Assembly: GCA_030603465.1 (NCBI GenBank)
Contig: JAUVXT010000001.1
Coordinates: forward strand, 1-38,618
DNA length: 38,618 bases
From: Deltaproteobacteria bacterium
GTDB taxonomy: Bacteria; Desulfobacterota; Syntrophia; Syntrophales; UBA2210
Direction of reading: 5' to 3'
Part shown: positions 33,072-38,618 of the stretch, in pieces
Layout of the letters: every line of letters starts with the position of its first letter
Numbering within the stretch: position 1 is the first letter of the stretch
Position numbers and translations under genes: made by a program
The notes under the pieces: generated by a model
Told to the model about the DNA's origin: nothing
The model's input: the letters and a program-made list of their open reading frames with translations, nothing else
Databases searched by the model: none

Positions 33072-34127
33072 ATGAAAGAGGATTATTACAAGATTCTCGG
33101 CGTGGACAGGAATACGCAGCCGGAAGAGATAAAGAAGAGTTACAGAAGGCTTGCCTTAAGGTATCATCCTGACAAAAATCCCGGAGACAATGAAGCGGAA
33201 GAGAAATTCAAAGAGGCGGCGGAGGCGTACGAGGTACTGAGTGATTCGGAAAAACGTCAAATATACGACAGATACGGGCATGAAGGCCTCCGGGGAACCG
33301 GATTTCAGGGATTTTCCGGATTCGAAGACATCTTTTCAAGTTTTGGTGATATATTTGAGGATATATTCGGATTTACAGGCGGAAGAAGAACAGGGACGGT
33401 TCCGCGTTCCGGCGCCGATTTTCGTTACGATCTAAAGATTTCATTCATGGATGCCGCATTCGGAACGACCACAGAGATAGAAGTGGAGAAATTTCAAGGA
33501 TGCAGTGGATGTGGGGGCACAGGCGCGGCTCCCGGATCGGAACCTGTCGTATGTCCGGAGTGCAATGGAAGAGGACAGGTTACCAGGGCCACCGGGTTTT
33601 TCAGTATCAGTACAACCTGCTCACGCTGCGGCGGGGCCGGATCGGTCATAGAAAACCCCTGCAAGGCATGTCGTGGGTCGGGGAAAGAAAAGGTAACAAA
33701 ATCAGTCCAGTTGCGAATACCCGCCGGGGTGGAGACCGGTTCACGTCTTAGGCTTAGCGGAGAGGGCGGAGATGGTGAATTCGGGGGTCCCCCGGGAGAT
33801 CTTTACGTTTTTATCTATGTGGACTCGCATGAATTCTTTGAAAGAGAAGGAAACGATATCATCTGCAAGATTCCCATTTCCATGACACAGGCCGCACTGG
33901 GCGCCAGCATTGAGGTGCCCACATTAAATGGCAACGAAAAAATTAAAGTTCCAAACGGCACGCAGAACGGCAAACTCTTCAGACTGAAGGGAAAGGGTAT
34001 CACCCATCTCAGAGGTTTCGGCAGGGGAGATCAGATAGTTCAAACGGTAATTGAGATACCGACCAACCTGAATGGCGGTGAAAAAAAACTCCTCCGGGAA
34101 TTTGCAAAAATGCGCGGGGAATTATAG
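33072..34127 (+). CDS. dnaJ: molecular chaperone DnaJ
   Basis: The J domain has the HPD motif (DYYKILGV...YHPDKNPG). A G/F-rich linker follows. There are four CxxCxGxG zinc-finger repeats. Confidence 0.9.
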   Translation: MKEDYYKILGVDRNTQPEEIKKSYRRLALRYHPDKNPGDNEAEEKFKEAAEAYEVLSDSEKRQIYDRYGHEGLRGTGFQGFSGFEDIFSSFGDIFEDIFGFTGGRRTGTVPRSGADFRYDLKISFMDAAFGTTTEIEVEKFQGCSGCGGTGAAPGSEPVVCPECNGRGQVTRATGFFSISTTCSRCGGAGSVIENPCKACRGSGKEKVTKSVQLRIPAGVETGSRLRLSGEGGDGEFGGPPGDLYVFIYVDSHEFFEREGNDIICKIPISMTQAALGASIEVPTLNGNEKIKVPNGTQNGKLFRLKGKGITHLRGFGRGDQIVQTVIEIPTNLNGGEKKLLREFAKMRGEL

Positions 34128-34458
34128 ATTTTTCCCAACCGTTTCCCCATTCTGTACGCATCTATCATCGAAAAAAGCCAGCATAGAATAATAACGAGGA
34201 CAATAAGTTCAAAATAGAGAGAACCATGATCGGCCAATGAGGCAACCGCCATGTTCGAAATCGCGGCTATGTCTATCTGACCTCTCCGCCTCTGGATACT
34301 TTCGAGAATATCAAACGCCTTAACAATAGCCATACCTGTAATAATGCCAAGACCCCAAGGACAATTAAAATTTAGAATTAATTTTCACTATTTTTAATAT
34401 CGATTTTTTATGCTATTGATGGTGGCATATTAATATCTTAGCGTCGGCGAGGCGATAA

Positions 34459-35486
34459 ATGAAGCACATCAGACTTGGCAAAACCAATCTCGAGGTTTCA
34501 GCGGTGGGGTTTGGCGGGATACCGATAATTCAACTTCCCTTTGAAAAAGGCGTGGCTGTAGTGCGCCATGCTCACAGTCGTGGAGTAACTTTTTTTGATA
34601 CGGCAAACGTCTATGGAGACAGTGAACGGAAGATGGGCCAGGCGTTGGAGCCGGTCAGGGAGAAGGTGGTTCTGGCCACAAAAAGTTTTAAACGAGACGG
34701 TGACAGTATTGCCCGGCATATTACGTACAGCCTGGAAAATTTGAGAACCTCATTCATCGACATATATCAATTCCATGATATTGCAACCGAAGAAACCCTT
34801 AACGAGATACTTGCCGGGGGGGAGCTTACGAGGCGGCAGATAAAGCCAGATCGGAAGGTAAGATACGATTCATCGGATTCAGTTCCCATGAAATCAAGAC
34901 GGCCATCAAGGCCTGCCATACGGGCCTTTTTTCCTCGATTCAATTTCCATTTAACTTTATTGAAGACGACGCGGCCGAAGAGCTGTTCATCACTGCCAGA
35001 GAGCTTGATATGGGAATAATTGCCATGAAACCCCTGGGAGGCGGTCTCCTGGAACGGGCAGACCTGTGTTTCCGTTTTTTGCAGCAGCATCCTTACGTCG
35101 TCCCCATCCCCGGCATATCATCGCCGGATGAGATAGATGAAATCGTTGGATTATACGAATCTCCGAAGATGCTAACAGAAGAAAATTGGAGAGAAATAGA
35201 AGAGATTCGTTCAGACCTGGGAAGAAGATTCTGTCACCGCTGCGGATACTGCATGCCCTGCAAACAGGGTGTTGAAATCCTTGATGGTATGCAGCTGAAA
35301 GCAAGGATGAAAAGGCTTGATCCATCAAAGCTCGTCATCTCGGAAAGGGCAGCAATGGAAAGTATCGAGCATTGCATAGAATGCGGGGAGTGTGTTGAAA
35401 AATGTCCTTACAACCTCTCTATTCCCGATGTGCTGAGAGAGAATCTCGCTTTCTATAAGGATCTTGCCGGTCATAATGATAAATAG
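34459..35486 (+). pseudogene. aldo/keto reductase with a C-terminal 4Fe-4S domain, interrupted by a frameshift in a G7 run
   Basis: ORF 34459-35019 carries AKR-like sequence only up to ...EILAGG. The AKR continuation (GAYEAADKARSEGKIRFIGFSSHE...QFPFNFIE...MGIIAMKPLGGG) is in the frame of ORF 35010-35486, starting at 34821. The Cys clusters are CHRCGYCMPC and CIECGECVEKCP. Confidence 0.8.
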
Positions 35487-35666
35487 ACAGCTCCGAATTT
35501 GGCGATTACGGAGGGAACAGAGTTACGAAAAAGCCGGTATTTGCGGCATGTGCAGGATCTTCAGGACAGTACTCGGGGAAATGTAAAATTTTCCTTGCAG
35601 GGATTGAATGTTTATATAAAGATGCGCATTTTTTAGGAGGGTATCTGTCTTTTGACTGTTTATATA

Positions 35667-35712
35667 ATTGGAGCTCCCCGCAACAAGTTGCAGGGAATCT
35701 CCGACTTTCAAG
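35667..35712 (-). repeat. family A repeat, hairpin-2 module only, inverted orientation
   Basis: The reverse complement reads TGAAAGTCGGAGATTCCCTGCAACTTGTTGCGGGGAGCTCCAAT. Confidence 0.85.
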
Positions 35713-35905
35713 TAACTTAAACTTACAAATGTGTTGTAAGTGGTTTATATTCTTTAATATTTGACAGAAAGAACACATTTGCTAAAAGCGCAAGTTACTT
35801 CCTATTATAATACCGCGAAGTGGCATAGTAGAGCTGTTAAGAAAAAAGAGGAACAGCTAAATTGTTACTGCTGAACCCGATTATCCACTTGAAAGGTGAT
35901 TGATT

Positions 35906-36742
35906 ATGAATATTTTTTATTGTGACGGTAAATTCCTCCCGGCAGACGAGGCGGTCATTCCTGCCACCGATCTGTCCGTTCTGCGCGGTTATGGTGTGTT
36001 CGATTTTCTAAGGACCTATGGAGGCAGGCCCTTCCACCTCGCAGATCATATAAAGCGACTGGGACGCTCGGCTGATCTCCTCGGTATTCCGCTTCCCATG
36101 TCATGCAAGGCCGTTGAAGATCTGGTGCTGGAAACCCTGAAACGGAACAATAATGATGAATCGAGCATACGGATTGTGTTGACGGGTGGCTTGAGTGTTG
36201 ACGGCTTCAACCCCGACGGAAAGCCCAAAGTACTGATCATGGTTACTCCATTGGCGGCAATGCCTGAGGCATGGTACAGAGACGGCGTCAAGATAGTCAC
36301 CATTCCCTACAGTCGATACATGCCCGGCGCAAAGAGCATAAACTACATTCATGCCATACATGCCATGCAGAAAGCCAGGAAAGACGGGGCTATAGAGGCG
36401 CTCTACGTAAAGCCTGACGGCTACGCTACGGAATGTACCACAAGTAACATCTTCGCCTGTATTGACAAAAAGCTGGTGACGCCCGGCAGTACTATTCTGT
36501 CCGGCATTACACGACAGGTTGTTCTCGGCATGGAAGATCTTTCCGGCGAGATTGAGATCCGGGATATAAAACTCGATAATCTTCTTGATGCCGGCGAGGT
36601 GTTTATTGCTGCATCAAACAAAGAGGTCGTTCCTGTTGTCAGTATCGACGACGGAATTATAGGAGACGGCAAACCGGGTGAAATGACCCGCCGGGTAATG
36701 AAACTATTCTCAGAATATACCGGACGCTATGCCGCTGAATAA
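35906..36742 (+). CDS. class IV (branched-chain / D-amino-acid) aminotransferase
   Basis: It contains LRGYGVFDFLRTY, GAKSINYIH (Lys in the K-x-x-NY context) and ECTTSNIF. I chose the ATG at 35906, which lies 8 nt after an AGGTGA. The track start at 35900 is a TTG. Confidence 0.85.
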   Translation: MNIFYCDGKFLPADEAVIPATDLSVLRGYGVFDFLRTYGGRPFHLADHIKRLGRSADLLGIPLPMSCKAVEDLVLETLKRNNNDESSIRIVLTGGLSVDGFNPDGKPKVLIMVTPLAAMPEAWYRDGVKIVTIPYSRYMPGAKSINYIHAIHAMQKARKDGAIEALYVKPDGYATECTTSNIFACIDKKLVTPGSTILSGITRQVVLGMEDLSGEIEIRDIKLDNLLDAGEVFIAASNKEVVPVVSIDDGIIGDGKPGEMTRRVMKLFSEYTGRYAAE

Positions 36743-36788
36743 GTTTTTTTACATGAATTTTGATAATCTCGTAAAAAGTCCCAAAAAC

Positions 36789-36857
36789 GTCATGCCGGAC
36801 TTGATCCGGCATCCAGAACGTATTGAAACTACTGGATTCCGGCTTTCTCCGAAATGA
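36789..36857. repeat. REP-like element made of two inverted ~27-nt modules
   Basis: GTCATGCCGGACTTGATCCGGCATCCAG is followed by 15 nt and then CTGGATTCCGGCTTTCTCCGAAATGA. The reverse complement of module 2 aligns with module 1. Module 1 contains the 8-bp hairpin ATGCCGGA-CTTGA-TCCGGCAT. Confidence 0.65.
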
Positions 36858-36942
36858 AAAAAAACGGCATTTTTGACTTTTTACCGGTGCATCATATTTG
36901 GTACATTGATAAAAACTCACATATTAGATCAAGGGAAGCATA

Positions 36943-37947
36943 ATGGATCTGACGCGATTTCCGAGGAGGCGATACACAGAGGGATACACCCCCATAGAAA
37001 AATTGGCGAGACTTTCAGCGGTTCTCGGCGGTCCTGAGATTTATATCAAGCGGGATGATTTGCTGGGGCTGACGGAAGGAGGGAATAAGACCAGGAAGCT
37101 GGAATTTGTGGTGGCCGATGCCCTGGACAGGGGTTGTGATACACTGATTACCTGTGGCGCCCTACAATCAAACCACTGTCGCTTAACCCTGTCTGCGGCG
37201 GTTAAGGAAGAATTAAAGTGCAGACTGATCATCGAAGAGCGGGTCCCCGGAACCTATAATCCAGGCGCCAGTGGAAACAATTTTCTCTTCAGACTTCTGG
37301 GCGCAGAGAAGATCAAAGTTGTGCCCGGCGGGATCGACGAGGTCGAAGAGATGCAGAAAATGGCTGCTGAGGCAGAATCCGAAGGCCGGAAACCCTATAT
37401 CATTGACGGCAGCAATGCATCCGCACTGAGCGCTCTCGGCTATGTGGCCTGTGCCGAGGAGATTACTGCACAACTATTCGAAAAGGGTATCCATATAGAC
37501 CACATCGTCTGCCCCAGCGGAAGCGGTGGCACCCACGGGGGTTTACTGACCGGTCTTTTGGGAACGAACACCGATATTCCGGTGGCGGGTATAAATGTCA
37601 GAAGATCTAAAGAACTCCAGGAAGAGAAGGTTTCTGACGTCGTCAAGAGGACGGTAAAATTTCTGGACATTAAATCTGATGTTCCGAAAGATATGATTGT
37701 CTGCTTCGACGACTACTATGGCCCGGGGTATTCGCTTCCCAACGATAAGATGATTGAAGCGGTCAAGCTGCTGGCCAGAACAGAGGGCATCCTCATGGAT
37801 CCCGTCTACACGGGGAAGGCCATGGCTGGCCTGATCGATCTGGTAAGGAAGGGCTATTTCAAAAAGAGCGACAAGGTCCTCTTTATCCACACGGGAGGAT
37901 CTCCTGCGCTTTATGCGTATCTCGAAACCTTCCTGCCGGAAAAATAG
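36943..37947 (+). CDS. dcyD: D-cysteine desulfhydrase / ACC deaminase family PLP enzyme
   Basis: It contains TEGGNKTRKLEF (PLP lysine), CGALQSNHCR, PSGSGGTHGG and IHTGG. Confidence 0.8.
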   Translation: MDLTRFPRRRYTEGYTPIEKLARLSAVLGGPEIYIKRDDLLGLTEGGNKTRKLEFVVADALDRGCDTLITCGALQSNHCRLTLSAAVKEELKCRLIIEERVPGTYNPGASGNNFLFRLLGAEKIKVVPGGIDEVEEMQKMAAEAESEGRKPYIIDGSNASALSALGYVACAEEITAQLFEKGIHIDHIVCPSGSGGTHGGLLTGLLGTNTDIPVAGINVRRSKELQEEKVSDVVKRTVKFLDIKSDVPKDMIVCFDDYYGPGYSLPNDKMIEAVKLLARTEGILMDPVYTGKAMAGLIDLVRKGYFKKSDKVLFIHTGGSPALYAYLETFLPEK

Positions 37948-38029
37948 ACCTCTTTCACATTTAAGTTGATGAGCTACCGCATAAACACCTTTTCGCTTGA
38001 ACAATTTTCGTACGAAAAAACCAAATAAC
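37948..38029 (+). repeat. intergenic repeat, family C, copy 2
   Basis: GACCTCTTTCACATTTAAGTTGATGAGCTACCGCATAAACACCTTTTCGCTTGAACAATTTTCGTACGAAAAAACCAAAT aligns with 18896-18963. It contains the 14-bp palindrome TTTTCGTACGAAAA. Confidence 0.7.
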
Positions 38030-38109
38030 ATAAAGAAACTTAGGTCAGCCGGGGTTAAATTGATGCTCCTTCTTCCTGTCTATCGCTGTAATTGCTGCCA
38101 TATACCATA

Positions 38110-38379
38110 TCAGGATATACTGGTGAACCGGGTACGGGACGCGATCCGGTTGTAGATCCACGCAAAGATTGCTCCCCCGATAAGTCCATCGAAAAATCCC
38201 CAGATCAAACCGATAATACTGCCGGAAGGGCTTATTGAGTATCCCCGGTAGAGGCGCCCTATCAGTGTCACCTCTCTTGTTACGCCGTCAAAGGCTATTA
38301 TCCACCACGTCAAAAAAAATATGGCGCATCCCCAGACGAGGGCACATGTAATGGCAAAGGCCTTCAAATTAAGTTTCAT
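38110..38379 (-). CDS. 89-aa small membrane protein
   Basis: It reads MKLNLKAFAITCALVWGCAIFFLTWWIIAF...IGLIWGFFDGLIGGAIFAWIYN. A strong RBS (GGGGAGG) lies 6 nt upstream of the ATG at 38379. The longer track ORF (to 38487) lacks an RBS. Confidence 0.55.
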   Translation of the reverse strand: MKLNLKAFAITCALVWGCAIFFLTWWIIAFDGVTREVTLIGRLYRGYSISPSGSIIGLIWGFFDGLIGGAIFAWIYNRIASRTRFTSIS

Positions 38380-38618
38380 TTTTACCTCCCCTTTCTCATA
38401 TTTATTGCCAAGCAGGCAGGTCAGGGCCTGATTCCGAAATCTCTGCTTCGGCAAAGTATATACTATAATAGAATGTTTCGTAATCACATGTTAATAATAT
38501 CCTCTGCGATTCAGACACTGTAGAGCCCAGATGGCGGATAGGAGTATGGTTCGGGGTGCCATGGTTACAGCACAGTATGGAAAGAGAGTGAACACGGTCT
38601 TCTGACAGAGACAAATAG

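Noticed and set aside
32846-33172. A 108-aa plus ORF, and the 90-aa minus ORF at 35506-35778, both contain RRFPATCCGELQ.
   Set aside because: The shared peptide is simply the family A repeat translated. The first ORF also runs into dnaJ out of frame.
34040-34333. A 97-aa minus-strand ORF has a TM helix and a DAYR-type motif (LIVLVIILCWLFSMIDAYRMGKRLGK).
   Set aside because: Its last 88 nt overlap the well-supported 3' end of dnaJ, and the tail after the motif looks non-coding. It is possibly a decayed small membrane gene, but I cannot support it as a feature.
1-38618. I searched by eye for tRNA, rRNA, tmRNA, riboswitch-like leaders, reverse transcriptase, transposase and integrase signatures.
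   Set aside because: I recognised none. In particular there is no GGTTCGAATCC-type T-arm and no cloverleaf candidates in the long intergenic gaps. A covariance-model scan (tRNAscan-SE or Rfam) would be needed to be certain.

Overview
This is a 38.6-kb bacterial chromosomal window. The operon order xseA-xseB-ispA-dxs-tlyA-ispH resembles deltaproteobacteria-like anaerobes, but taxonomy cannot be proven from this window. Most of it is housekeeping. That includes an ExoVII/isoprenoid operon (1-6601, minus), a TAXI-type TRAP transporter operon (23.6-27.9 kb, minus), fmt-DUF3047-rsmB-HD-MBL, thrC, dnaJ, two PLP enzymes and several DUF genes. The accessory part is a defence island of about 9.6 kb (roughly 6.8-16.2 kb), entirely on the minus strand. 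It holds a Type III R-M pair: mod (10236-12140) and res (6838-10239), where res has an extra C-terminal HEPN-like tail. It also holds an AT-rich DUF3800 gene, a 293-aa PD-(D/E)xK-like protein, and an upstream translationally coupled pair (160-aa unknown plus a DUF1828/DUF1829-like protein). The island looks like a recombination mosaic. It contains a 63-nt ghost of a second mod 5' end, a single in-frame TAA splitting the mod N-terminus, a 33-codon AlbA_2-type fragment and two perfect 43-bp direct repeats. The two uncharacterised gene pairs (12395-14285 and 14690-15949) are my best candidates for an undescribed defence module. Intergenic DNA carries at least four families of short structured repeats. 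One aldo/keto reductase-FeS gene is interrupted by a frameshift in a G7 run. IspH appears fused to a membrane domain at the left edge of the window. I recognised no rRNA, tRNA, CRISPR array, transposase or integrase. All family names come from motif recognition by eye, not from HMM searches.
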